Source of the DNA: Candidatus Limnocylindria bacterium
GTDB taxonomy: Bacteria > Chloroflexota > Limnocylindria > Limnocylindrales > CSP1-4
Length of the DNA stretch: 52,879 bases
Direction: 5' to 3'
NCBI GenBank assembly: GCA_041484785.1
Contig: JBGPIH010000003.1
Coordinates: 1 to 52,879 of the forward strand
Part shown: piece after piece, positions 7,674-17,267 of the stretch
Position numbering within the stretch: position 1 is the first letter of the stretch
Layout of the letters: each line of letters opens with the position of its first letter
Notes under the pieces: model-generated
Database searches by the model: none
Told to the model about the DNA's origin: nothing
Seen by the model: the letters and a program-made list of their open reading frames with translations, nothing else
Translations under genes and position numbers: made by a program

Positions 7674-10034
7674 GTGACCAGTCCCACCGGCGAGGCGATC
7701 GACGGCCATCCATCACTCCGCGATCGCCCCGCGACCGCTCGTCCGTCGACCAGCCGGCTGACGACGATGGCGCTCGTCCTCGCGACGACGGCGGGGGCCA
7801 CCTTCACGATCCTCATCGCGGGGGGCGCCGGACCTCAGGCCCTCCCGGTGCGCGTCGTCTACGACGTCATGGCCGCGGTCGCCCTCGTGCCGTGGCTGAT
7901 TGTCGCGACCGTCCGCCCGAGCTGGCGGCCATCCAGCGTGCTGCTCCCGGCGATCGGCGTCTGCCTGGCCGTCTTCGCGATCTCGACCGTGACCTCGCGC
8001 GTTCCACGCCTGAGCCTCGAACTGTTCGCGTACGCGATTCTCCTCACGGGCGTCTATCTGCTGCTCATCACGCTAATACGTCGGCCGGAGACCCGCGCCC
8101 ATCTCGAGCGTCTGGCCCTCCTGCTCTGTCTGGTCGTCTGTGGGCTCTACCTCGCGCAGGTGCTCCAGTCGTGGACGGAGTGGTGGGGCCTCGTCGGTCG
8201 GATTGCGGTGCCGCCGCTTCGTCCCGAGTACCTCGGCCTGACGCTCGGCTCGCCGAACCCGGTCGCAGCGATCGTCCTGATGCTCGGGGCGCTCGGGCTG
8301 GCCACGAGTCCCTTCCGCGGGCGAGCCGGCCGCGTTGCCGCGGCCCTCGTCGTGGTGCTGATCGCCGTCACGACATTGGTCACGGCCTCGCGAGGCGCCT
8401 GGCTCGGGGCCGCGGCGGGCGTCGTGGCCGCTGGCGTCGCTGCCGTCCTGGTCCGGTCCGACACTCGCGGTCGGGCCTGGCGGTTCGTGCACACGCGTGC
8501 CGGCGTGGGCGTCGCCGTCGCGGTCCTCATCATGGCCGTCGGGGTGGTCGGGCTGGCCGCGTTGACCGGGCGGCTCACCCTCGACGACAGCGGGTACCGC
8601 GAGGGGTTCGTGGCCGTCAGCGCCAAGCTCTTCTCATCCGCTCCACTGACCGGCGTGGGGCCGGGCGCCTGGGCGGTGCTCCGGGCTGCCGCCACCAACC
8701 CGCGGGATCCGGACCTGTATGTGCCACACCCCCACAACCTGTACCTGTTCACGGCGACCGAGTTCGGCGTCCTGGGGGTTGTTGCCGGGATCGTCCTGGT
8801 CGGGGCATTGGGTCTCCTGGTCGTTCGGGCCATCCGATCCGAGGACCCACGCCGCCGCCGGGTCGCCTACGCGGCAGTCTTCGCGATCTTCGTATTCGCC
8901 GGACAGCAGGTGGGGGACGTCCTGGTCAACGTCCTCGCGGTCCTGCTGGCCGTCGCGCTCCCGGTAGCCTGGCTCGACGCGGTCGCCCAGCCGCCGCCAG
9001 TGGGGACGGCCTCCGCCGATCCCCGGCTGGAGCGATTCGCACGGGCCTCGATGCTCGGGGCGGCCGCCCTTCTCATCGTGATCCTCGTGGGGATCGCTCG
9101 CGTCGAGAGCGCCACGGCGGCCGCCCAGGACGGTGTGGACCTCGCGAACGCCGGACAGTGGTCCGACGCCTCGAGCCGGTTCGGCGACGCGGTCGCCATC
9201 GACCCGGAGGTCCCCCTCTATCAGTTCAGCCTTGGGGTCGCGGCGGCCGACGCGGGGGACCTCGCCCTGGCCGAACGAGCGCTGGCCGCCAGCGCCAACG
9301 CCGACGACTACACGTACGCCTGGCTCGACCTGGCCGCGGTCCGCTGGCGTCTCGGCGATGACGCCGGGGCCAGGGATGCGCTCGTCCGGGCGGAGCGACT
9401 CGGCCTTCAGCGGCCACCCGTTGCGGTCGCCGCCGGCTGGCTCCATCAGCAGCTCGGCGACGAGCAGGCCGCGGTCCACGATTACACCGACGCCATCTCG
9501 CTCGCACCGGGCCTCCTCGGTGACCCGTTCTGGTCGGCGCCGTCGGGGCTGCCCGCCGGTCTCGCCGACGCACTCACGTCCGTCGAGCGGAACGCCGCCC
9601 CGGACACCGCATTGCAGGTCGCCCTCATGCAGGGCCATTACGAGGATGCGCGAGCGACGCTGGGACGATTCCCGTCCTCCGAGCGGGCGGCGTACGCGGA
9701 TGCCATCGCCGCCTGGCAGGGTGATGCGGAGGCCTGGCGCGACCTCCAGGCCGAGACGGCCGCACAGCCGCTCGACCCTACCCGGATCGGGCTTGCCCGG
9801 CTCGTGGCAGTCCACCTCGGCGACGCGGCGGCCATCACCCGGTATCACCGCTGGCTCGAGATCGTCCAGGCGTCGGAGAACGCGCTCCCGATCGTGGGAC
9901 GTGTCGTCTTCGGGCAGCCCCAGCCAATCCCGCCCTACCTCATCGACCGCTACGGCTCGCTCTACCGGCGCGACATCTTCGTCGCCCAGGTCGTCTCGCT
10001 TCTACCCCAGATCGTGTGGCAGGACCACGAGTGA
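7674..10034 (+). CDS. O-antigen ligase/Wzy_C-family membrane protein with C-terminal TPR region
   Basis: TLGSPN, TASRGAWLG, PLTGVGPG and HPHNLYL ligase motifs; about 12 TM followed by Ala-rich TPR-like helices (AVAIDP, AISLAP). Confidence 0.85.
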   Translation: MTSPTGEAIDGHPSLRDRPATARPSTSRLTTMALVLATTAGATFTILIAGGAGPQALPVRVVYDVMAAVALVPWLIVATVRPSWRPSSVLLPAIGVCLAVFAISTVTSRVPRLSLELFAYAILLTGVYLLLITLIRRPETRAHLERLALLLCLVVCGLYLAQVLQSWTEWWGLVGRIAVPPLRPEYLGLTLGSPNPVAAIVLMLGALGLATSPFRGRAGRVAAALVVVLIAVTTLVTASRGAWLGAAAGVVAAGVAAVLVRSDTRGRAWRFVHTRAGVGVAVAVLIMAVGVVGLAALTGRLTLDDSGYREGFVAVSAKLFSSAPLTGVGPGAWAVLRAAATNPRDPDLYVPHPHNLYLFTATEFGVLGVVAGIVLVGALGLLVVRAIRSEDPRRRRVAYAAVFAIFVFAGQQVGDVLVNVLAVLLAVALPVAWLDAVAQPPPVGTASADPRLERFARASMLGAAALLIVILVGIARVESATAAAQDGVDLANAGQWSDASSRFGDAVAIDPEVPLYQFSLGVAAADAGDLALAERALAASANADDYTYAWLDLAAVRWRLGDDAGARDALVRAERLGLQRPPVAVAAGWLHQQLGDEQAAVHDYTDAISLAPGLLGDPFWSAPSGLPAGLADALTSVERNAAPDTALQVALMQGHYEDARATLGRFPSSERAAYADAIAAWQGDAEAWRDLQAETAAQPLDPTRIGLARLVAVHLGDAAAITRYHRWLEIVQASENALPIVGRVVFGQPQPIPPYLIDRYGSLYRRDIFVAQVVSLLPQIVWQDHE

Positions 10035-10035
10035 A

Positions 10036-11679
10036 TCACGACGCCGGCTTGAACACCGTCCCACCCGGACCGTCGTAGGCGACGACGTACCGCGACGACG
10101 ATCGCAGCGAGGCTCGCAGCCCCGCGCAACAGTCGCCCGTCGGCGACAGGGTGTCGATCGTCCGGACCGGAACGTAGACCCAGGCGTCGGTCATTGCGTT
10201 GGCCCTGGCCCACGCCTCCACGCAGTCCCGGGTGGCGTAGGCGCATTCCTGCAGCTCGGCGTTCCGACGCGCCTGGGCGTCCCACGCCGCCTTCCCGAGC
10301 CACTCGTACCCCTGGAGCGTGGCGACGCTCTGGCGGGCGGCCAGGACCGGGAACCACTCGGAGTTCGCGTCCAGGAACCACTGGCTCCCGGTCACGACCA
10401 GGAACCGTGTCGTCGGGGGCGTGTCGGCGGCGATCCAGCCCATCGCCGTGCGGTTCGGCTCTGGGAGGGCATGGAGGGGTGAGCCGAGGACGACCGGCGC
10501 CTTGACCGCGCCGATGACCCCGAGGACCACGCCGGCGATGAGCACCGCGCGACCGAAGCGGTCCTCGAGCGCGAGGCCGCCCCGCGCCGGGTCGTCCGCG
10601 ACCTGGCCCTGCGGTTCCCGCAGCCGGGCGAACAGGACGTGGTCGATCGCCACCGCGACCAGGAGCGAGAGCGGGACCATGGCGCTCGTGGCCGCCCCAC
10701 GCGGCGCGAGCACGAACAACAGCACGACCCAGGCGGGCAGCAGATAGCGCCGCCGCGCGATCTCGAAGAGGAACCCGATGAGACCGATCGCCCCGAGGAA
10801 GGTGAGGTACGGCTCGTCGGTGAAGGCGAAGGTGACGAGGTACTGGAAGCTGACGCCCACGTCGATGGTCGCCTGCCCGCCCGACAGGAACGGCGCGAGG
10901 CCATCCCTCGAGACGGCCGTGAGCCACCAAGGTGCGGCGATGAGCGCCGCGAGGCCGGCGAGCGCCAGCAACTCGGCCAGGACCCGACGCGTACGGCCGT
11001 ACGCGAGGAACATCAGGAACAGGCTGAGACCGGTGAAAAGCGCCGCCTCGGGATGGCTCAGCGCCGTGAGGCCGGCCAGGATCCCCATCGCGACGCCGTC
11101 TCGCCGGCGGGAGGTTCGGAAGAACCGGAGGCCTTCGAGGATGGCCAGCAGGCCCAGCAGGAGGCCGAGCGAGCGGGTCAGCCCGCCGCCCACGACCAGC
11201 CACTCGAAGCTTCTCGGCAGGAGGGCGAACGCCCAGGTGGCGATGAGCGCCTTGAAGGTCGAGCCGAGGATCTCCCTCGCGAGGAGATAGACGACTGGGA
11301 TCGTCAGGGCCGCGAAGAGCAGCGGCAGGAACTGGAACAACGGCAGCAGCGCCACCCCGGCCTCGGAGAGCAGACCGGCCAGGTAGAACCCGAGGGGTGG
11401 ATAGGCGAAGGGGATCCCCAGGTCGTTGTAGGTGGTCGTGGCCGGGGGTACGAAGCCGGCCGCCTGGAGGTCGCGCGTCATCGTGTAGAACAGACCGCCG
11501 TCGTTGAGCGGGAAGTCGGCCGTCGCGACCGGGATGGCCCTGACCAGCAGTCCGGCGATGACCGGCAGCGACACCGCGCGAGCCAGCGCCCAGCCGGAGA
11601 GCCCTGCCGCGGGCCTGGCGATCGTCGGGCGTGCGCCGTCGTCGGCCGTCGCGATCAGCCCTCCGCCCTGGTCGATCAT
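10036..11679 (-). CDS. GT-C fold (ArnT/PMT-like) membrane glycosyltransferase
   Basis: PLNDGGLFY first loop, YPPLGFY, TALSHP; soluble C-terminal domain with four Cys. Confidence 0.78.
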   Translation of the reverse strand: MIDQGGGLIATADDGARPTIARPAAGLSGWALARAVSLPVIAGLLVRAIPVATADFPLNDGGLFYTMTRDLQAAGFVPPATTTYNDLGIPFAYPPLGFYLAGLLSEAGVALLPLFQFLPLLFAALTIPVVYLLAREILGSTFKALIATWAFALLPRSFEWLVVGGGLTRSLGLLLGLLAILEGLRFFRTSRRRDGVAMGILAGLTALSHPEAALFTGLSLFLMFLAYGRTRRVLAELLALAGLAALIAAPWWLTAVSRDGLAPFLSGGQATIDVGVSFQYLVTFAFTDEPYLTFLGAIGLIGFLFEIARRRYLLPAWVVLLFVLAPRGAATSAMVPLSLLVAVAIDHVLFARLREPQGQVADDPARGGLALEDRFGRAVLIAGVVLGVIGAVKAPVVLGSPLHALPEPNRTAMGWIAADTPPTTRFLVVTGSQWFLDANSEWFPVLAARQSVATLQGYEWLGKAAWDAQARRNAELQECAYATRDCVEAWARANAMTDAWVYVPVRTIDTLSPTGDCCAGLRASLRSSSRYVVAYDGPGGTVFKPAS

Positions 11680-12815
11680 CGCCGACGCGAGACCGCGGCA
11701 ACGTCCTCGAAGACCGCGCGGTAGCGGCGGCGGACCTCATCGGGAGCCCATTCGTCGAGCGCGAGCCGTCCGGACGGCACTGCGCAGAGCATCGCTCCGG
11801 TCGCCGCCGCGGCGGCCTCGAGGTCGCCGCGCGGGACCACGCACCCGACCGCCCCGAGGTCGATGAGTTCCGCGGGACCGTCCACGTCGTACGAGACGAA
11901 TGGCGTCCCGGCCGCCCCGGCCTGGACGAGGACCGTCGCCAGCCCTTCTGCTCGGCTGAGCATCACCAGGCAGTCGGCCGCAGTCATGGCTTCTGGCACC
12001 TGGGCCGTGAATCCAAGGAAGCGCACCGCGGACGCCAACCCGCGCTCCTGCACCCGCCGTTCGAGCTCCGCGCGCAACGGACCATCACCGGCGACGACCA
12101 GCGTCGCATCCGGGACGCGCTTCCGGACCGCGACCAGGAACTGCGGCAGGTCAAGGGCGCCCTTGCGCTCGTCCAGGCTGCCCGCGAACAGGATCGTCGG
12201 CGGATCGACACGAAGACCGAGTCTCGCACGGGCCACTCCCATGCCTTCGTTCGCGGCGGCGCGGAACGGCCCGGGGTCGACGGACGAGCGGATCATCACG
12301 TACTGCTCCTGCGACCCGATCCCGGCCCGGAGGTATCGGTCGCGCAGCTCCGTCCCGTTGACCGGGAACCGGTCGGTCCAAGTGCCGACGAGCCGCTCGG
12401 CATTCGCATAGACGACGCTCAACAGCGGGTGGAACCCTGCGCCGAAGTTCGCCATGTTGACGGTGTGGACGAAGGCCTGGACTCCCGCGAGTCGTCCGGC
12501 GACCCTGCCCAGGATGCCGGACTTGGACTGGATCGTGTGCAGGATGGTAGGCCGGAGGCGTCGGATCGTCCGCGTCAGATGGGCCGTGGTCAGCGGATCC
12601 TGGAGTGGGTCGGGGCGACGGACGAGGCGCGGCGAGACGATGACCTGGATGTCACCACACAGCGTGCGGATCGACACGGGGTCGTGGTCACGGCCGACGA
12701 TCAGGACGTGCTCGAAGCCCGGTGCCGGCAGGGCGGCCACGATATCGGCGATGGCGCGTTCAGTCCCCGAGGCAAGGAATCGCGTGGCGACGTGGACGAT
12801 GCGTGTTGCGGTCAC
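11676..12815 (-). CDS. GT4-family glycosyltransferase
   Basis: GTER, GSLDERKG, AGDGPLR, SRAEGLATVLVQA. Confidence 0.88.
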   Translation of the reverse strand: MTATRIVHVATRFLASGTERAIADIVAALPAPGFEHVLIVGRDHDPVSIRTLCGDIQVIVSPRLVRRPDPLQDPLTTAHLTRTIRRLRPTILHTIQSKSGILGRVAGRLAGVQAFVHTVNMANFGAGFHPLLSVVYANAERLVGTWTDRFPVNGTELRDRYLRAGIGSQEQYVMIRSSVDPGPFRAAANEGMGVARARLGLRVDPPTILFAGSLDERKGALDLPQFLVAVRKRVPDATLVVAGDGPLRAELERRVQERGLASAVRFLGFTAQVPEAMTAADCLVMLSRAEGLATVLVQAGAAGTPFVSYDVDGPAELIDLGAVGCVVPRGDLEAAAAATGAMLCAVPSGRLALDEWAPDEVRRRYRAVFEDVAAVSRRR

Positions 12816-13747
12816 GGGACACCCTGCACGTAACCGCGAAAGATTGTCCGGATGACCTTGTAGTCGATGAGCCGGCGCTGCACGCCGAACGGGACGTGCG
12901 GGAGCAACCCGTCGACGATCCGGTCGGTCACCGGGTTCATCGCGGCAAGGAAGACGCGGTCCCGGAGACGTGGGGCTTCGAGACGATCGATCCAGAAGGG
13001 CGCCGGCGGCCCAGGATGTCGAGCCCGTATGAGCCGCAGGTTCGTCCCTCCATAGGTTTCCAGCTCAGCCATCGCTGCCGGGATCGTTTTACCTTCGATG
13101 GTCATCGCCTCGGCCGAGGCGTTGTAGTAGAAGCGCAGGTCCCGATCTTTCCAGAGCCGGAGCGCAAGCTCCGTGTCCTCGCCACCGTACCAACGCAGCG
13201 CTTCGTCGAATCCTCCGACCGCCACGAAGTCCTCGGTCCGAAGCGCGACGTTCTGGGTGTTGAAACCGAGCGGCCCGACCTCTGAGCCGGGTGGGCTCTT
13301 GTACTTACCCCGGGTCGTGAGATAGCGAGCCCATAGGTTCGAGGTCTTGTTCAGGTAGACAACATCGCCGATGGACACCCGGCCCGCCTCCCGCAGCATG
13401 TCTGCGTGTCGATCCAACGCATCTGCGGCGAGCCGCATGTCCGAATCCAGCATGAGGAGCAGCGACGACTCCAGGTGCGGGACCGCGAGGTTCCGTGCCG
13501 CGGCCCGGCCGTGATTCACGTGATCCATGTGTTCGAGCACACGGAGGGCGAACGGGAATCGGGCGTCGCGGAGGTGCTCGATGGTACCGTCGGTCGAGCC
13601 GTCGACACAGACGAAGACCGAGATCTCGGGACCGGTCGACATCTCCAAGGATGCGAGGCAGGCCTGGAGCTCGTCCCAGTTGTTGTACGTCGGGATGACG
13701 ACGTCGAATGAGCTTGGAGACAACGCGCCCCTCGTGGAGGACAACAA
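12812..13747 (-). CDS. GT2-family glycosyltransferase
   Basis: VVIPTYN, VDGSTDGT, LDSD, GGFDE, GGEDTEL; start codon uncertain. Confidence 0.88.
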   Translation of the reverse strand: MLSSTRGALSPSSFDVVIPTYNNWDELQACLASLEMSTGPEISVFVCVDGSTDGTIEHLRDARFPFALRVLEHMDHVNHGRAAARNLAVPHLESSLLLMLDSDMRLAADALDRHADMLREAGRVSIGDVVYLNKTSNLWARYLTTRGKYKSPPGSEVGPLGFNTQNVALRTEDFVAVGGFDEALRWYGGEDTELALRLWKDRDLRFYYNASAEAMTIEGKTIPAAMAELETYGGTNLRLIRARHPGPPAPFWIDRLEAPRLRDRVFLAAMNPVTDRIVDGLLPHVPFGVQRRLIDYKVIRTIFRGYVQGVP

Positions 13748-13883
13748 CGCGCCTGGCTACCGCCGAGACGTAGGTGGCTAGGGTACCCGCCGAACCGGGT
13801 CCGGCAGCGACCCAGGAGTACCTGGTCCGTCACGAACGACCGGTCCACACCGCTCGACCGTCGGCGTCCCCGATACTGCAGCA

Positions 13884-14987
13884 ATGAATCGATCGGTCGT
13901 CCACATCGTCGGCGCGCGGCCGAACTTCATGAAGGCAGCGCCTGTGATCAGCGCCATGGCGGCGCGCGGCATGGACCAGCAGCTTATCCACACCGGCCAG
14001 CATTACGACCCAGCGATGTCCGATGTCTTCTTTCGCGAGCTGGGGTTACCCGAGCCGGATCGGAACCTCGGGATCGGGTCGGGATCGCATGCCGTGCAGA
14101 CCGCCGGGATCATGCTCGCCCTCGAACCGGTCTTTGCCGAGCTCACGCCATCGCTCGTCGTCGTGTACGGCGACGTCAACTCGACCACCGCGGCGTCGCT
14201 GGTCGCAGCCAAGATGGGGATCCCGATCGCACACGTGGAGGCCGGTCTCCGCAGCTTCGACGACACGATGCCGGAGGAGATCAACCGCAAGATCACGGAC
14301 CTGCTGTCCGAGCTCCTGTTCGTGACGGCTCCTGAAGGACTCGAGAACCTTCGTGCCGTCGGTGCCCCCGAGTCGAAGATCCATTTCGTCGGCAACCCGA
14401 TGATCGACACCTTGCTGGCGAACCTCGAGCGGTTCGATCCCGCCGGACCGCGGACCTCTCTGGATCTGGATGGGGCCTACGCGGTGGCCACGATCCATCG
14501 CCCCACGAACGTCGACAGCCGGGCCGCGGCACAACGCACGGTCAAGATGCTCGACGGGATGGCTCGCGTCATTGATGTCGTGCTCCCGCTCCATCCCCGG
14601 GGACAGCGATCCCTGGCCGAAGCGGGGCTGCGCGCCAACGAGCGGCTCCGGATCATCGAGCCCCTCGGCTACCTCGACTTCATGTCGCTCGTGCGGGGTG
14701 CCACGGTCGTGGTGACGGACTCGGGCGGGATCCAGGAGGAGACGACGGTGCTTCGGATCCCGTGCCTGACGGTTCGCCGCAACACCGAGCGGCCGATCAC
14801 CATCAACCACGGGACGAACCGCCTGATCGAGCCGGAGGACGTCGCCGAGGCTGTCGCATCGATCGTCGCTGGCGACTGGTCAGCCCCGAGCGAGCCGCCG
14901 CCTCTGTGGGATGGTCATGCCGGGGAGCGTATCGCCGATGTGATCGTGCGCTGGCTCGGTGAGGTGGCGGTCACCAGATCTCACTGA
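13884..14987 (+). CDS. wecB: UDP-N-acetylglucosamine 2-epimerase (non-hydrolysing)
   Basis: GARPNFMK, HTGQHYD, HVEAGLRS, MPEEINR, TDSGGIQEET, TERP, WDG. Confidence 0.95.
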   Translation: MNRSVVHIVGARPNFMKAAPVISAMAARGMDQQLIHTGQHYDPAMSDVFFRELGLPEPDRNLGIGSGSHAVQTAGIMLALEPVFAELTPSLVVVYGDVNSTTAASLVAAKMGIPIAHVEAGLRSFDDTMPEEINRKITDLLSELLFVTAPEGLENLRAVGAPESKIHFVGNPMIDTLLANLERFDPAGPRTSLDLDGAYAVATIHRPTNVDSRAAAQRTVKMLDGMARVIDVVLPLHPRGQRSLAEAGLRANERLRIIEPLGYLDFMSLVRGATVVVTDSGGIQEETTVLRIPCLTVRRNTERPITINHGTNRLIEPEDVAEAVASIVAGDWSAPSEPPPLWDGHAGERIADVIVRWLGEVAVTRSH

Positions 14988-15570
14988 CTCTGAAGCCGCG
15001 GTTCACCCGAAGGTCGAGGGAGGGAGAGTCCAGCTCGCTGACGACGTAGGGGAATCCCCAAACGCCATGGATGTCCGTCACCTCGAGCGCCAATGCGTGG
15101 ACGCCGGCCGGACAATCCACGATCGTCTGCAATTCGGCGGGCGAATCCTCGTAAACGCCGCTCGTCGAGCCTACGATGATCGACGCTATCGGCTCGTCGT
15201 CGAGCAACGCTGTGAGATGGATGCCGGTGTTCGGATAGGTCGGCTCCAGGTTCCCGACATGCCACACCACGGTGGCGATCCCACCGTGGCACTCGAAGCT
15301 CATCGGATCGACGAGACGCCCGAGATCGGTCGGCTCCAGGCGGACCGTGTGGTCGTACGCTCGCAGATTGTCCGTGAGGGTGATATGGGTGCCCGTGAAG
15401 GTGTTCGTCTGTGCGGGATCGAGCAGTGAGCGATCACCAAGGAATGCCACGTTCGCGGGGATCGGCGGCGGCGGCCAGATCAGCGCGATCGCGAACGCCA
15501 GCACGGTCCCGAGGAGGAGCCCGCCAAGCACGCCGCCGATCGCGATCCGACGCCACCGGAGTCTTTTCAT
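14971..15570 (-). CDS. Hypothetical membrane-anchored or secreted protein
   Basis: Basic N-terminus, one hydrophobic helix, PPPPIP linker, then an acidic beta-rich-looking domain; SD-like GGCGGA before the ATG. Confidence 0.65.
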   Translation of the reverse strand: MKRLRWRRIAIGGVLGGLLLGTVLAFAIALIWPPPPIPANVAFLGDRSLLDPAQTNTFTGTHITLTDNLRAYDHTVRLEPTDLGRLVDPMSFECHGGIATVVWHVGNLEPTYPNTGIHLTALLDDEPIASIIVGSTSGVYEDSPAELQTIVDCPAGVHALALEVTDIHGVWGFPYVVSELDSPSLDLRVNRGFRVSEIW

Positions 15571-17267
15571 GTTCCGCCATTACGTGAGGGACTGCGATAC
15601 CCGCTTGACGATGGTACTGACCTGTCAAGCGTTTCGTTGGCACTCGCACGGAATCCGTGCTCTCGATCGCCTCGTTGGTGATCGATGCGGTCGGACGTTC
15701 TCAAGTCGGACGCCCTCGAATATGACAGCCGGATCAACAAACGCCAGCCGGCGAAACCTGCTGCCACCGGCTCGGCGTTTCGCTGGACCACCTCGAACCG
15801 GACCCCGTCGATCGATGTCGACGCTGCGCCAGCTTCCAGGCGTGTCATCGCCTCGTCGAGCATCGTCCCTCGCGTGTACGGCAGCTGGTGGATCGGGTCG
15901 TCGGCGATCCAGAGCGACGGCCGGTAGCTCTTGAGGAAGCCCGCCATGTCACTCACCCTGATGAATGGCGCGACCTTCCCATCGGTGATGCCATTGACCG
16001 CGAGCAGGTCGACGTCGTCACGCAATGACCAGCGGTCCTGGACTTCGTACGCAAGGACGCGATCGCCGGGGATCGCCACGCCGTTGACGCGATCGATGAC
16101 GACGCGTTCGGTGATGACGTCGAACGCATAACCGGCGTGGCTCGCGTCGACGGCGGTCAGGAATGTGGTCGCAACCGTCGAGAGCAGGACGACGAATCCG
16201 AGCGACCACGCGAAGGCGCGAATCATCGGTCTGGCAGGCGCCATCGTTAGAGCCTTCGCGATCGCCGCCACGACGAATGGCGCCGCGAGCAGGAAGTAGC
16301 GCGGCACGTACAGCGTCACGGGATAGAAGACGAGGACGAGACTCCAGATCACGATCGCCCCGCCCGTGTACCAGCCGAGCCATCGGTCCGGGCGCGTGTG
16401 CAGCCAGGCCCAAATCCCCGGCACTGAGATCGCGAGTGGGATGGCGATACTCCACAGGTACTCGGCCGCGGCCGGCGAGTAGAGCAACGGTCCAATCGCC
16501 ACGGCGCCCGCACGCTGATCCATCGTTCGGGTCGCGTTCGAGACGCTGTAGCTCCCGAGCGTGACCTGGCTATAGCCGTAGTAGACGGCCGCGGGGAATG
16601 CGGCGACGAGCGCCAGGGCCACCAACACTGCGATTCTGCCTCGCGAGCCGGTAGCCGCCAAGGCCAGGAGCTCGAGAAGGACCAGCAGTGCGCATTCGGG
16701 ACGCGCGAGCGGCAGCGCAGTCCACGCGGCTCCGAGGAACAAGACATCCGCTCGAGACATCGCTCCTGGCCGCGACGCGACGCGGTGCCCGATGAGCAAG
16801 CTCGCCGCGATCAGCGTCACGACAAGACCGGAGTCGTACAGGAGAACCCCGTAGAAGGCGAGGCCCGGGACGATAAAGAGGGACCCGATCGCTGCCGCCG
16901 ACCATGATCCAGTCAGTCTGGCGGCAGCCCAGAGCGTCGTCAGGAAACCGATCAATACGAAGGCCGCGGCGCAGACCTTGGCGCCGGCGACGCCCGTGCC
17001 TACTGCGAGGGGCAGCGCGAGCACCAGTTCCCAGAGGACGGACGCGACGCCTGAAGAGAATTCGGGTGGATTGAACGTGAAAGGCAGCCCACGGGCGGCG
17101 TTCTGGGCGAACGCCAAGTAGATGGTCGGATCACCCCAGAACGTGTCGCGAAGGACGAGCGCACCGGCACCCAGGGCCGCGATCCCAAGCCCCGCTGCCG
17201 CCACTCCGATGGCCCCAGCGACCAGGACCGTATCGTCCCGGACTCTGATTCGCGGGATCCTCATCAT
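15567..17267 (-). CDS. GT-C-like multi-TM protein (putative glycosyltransferase)
   Basis: GDPTIYLAFAQNAARGLPFTFNPPEFSSGVASVLW first loop, LARPE, PRYFL; ATGA overlap at 17264-17267. Confidence 0.7.
   Translation of the reverse strand: MMRIPRIRVRDDTVLVAGAIGVAAAGLGIAALGAGALVLRDTFWGDPTIYLAFAQNAARGLPFTFNPPEFSSGVASVLWELVLALPLAVGTGVAGAKVCAAAFVLIGFLTTLWAAARLTGSWSAAAIGSLFIVPGLAFYGVLLYDSGLVVTLIAASLLIGHRVASRPGAMSRADVLFLGAAWTALPLARPECALLVLLELLALAATGSRGRIAVLVALALVAAFPAAVYYGYSQVTLGSYSVSNATRTMDQRAGAVAIGPLLYSPAAAEYLWSIAIPLAISVPGIWAWLHTRPDRWLGWYTGGAIVIWSLVLVFYPVTLYVPRYFLLAAPFVVAAIAKALTMAPARPMIRAFAWSLGFVVLLSTVATTFLTAVDASHAGYAFDVITERVVIDRVNGVAIPGDRVLAYEVQDRWSLRDDVDLLAVNGITDGKVAPFIRVSDMAGFLKSYRPSLWIADDPIHQLPYTRGTMLDEAMTRLEAGAASTSIDGVRFEVVQRNAEPVAAGFAGWRLLIRLSYSRASDLRTSDRIDHQRGDREHGFRASANETLDRSVPSSSGYRSPSRNGGT
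15602..15631. promoter_or_regulatory. Perfect 8-bp inverted repeat CGCTTGAC-N14-GTCAAGCG enclosing a minus-strand -10-like TACCAT (15611-15616)
   Basis: Read directly from the sequence; 32-61 nt upstream of ATG 15570. Confidence 0.45.

Noticed and set aside
15623-15628. TTGACA on the minus strand as a sigma70 -35 box
   Set aside because: No -10 hexamer at 16-18 nt spacing (TACCAT is only 6 nt away); better explained as an arm of the inverted repeat
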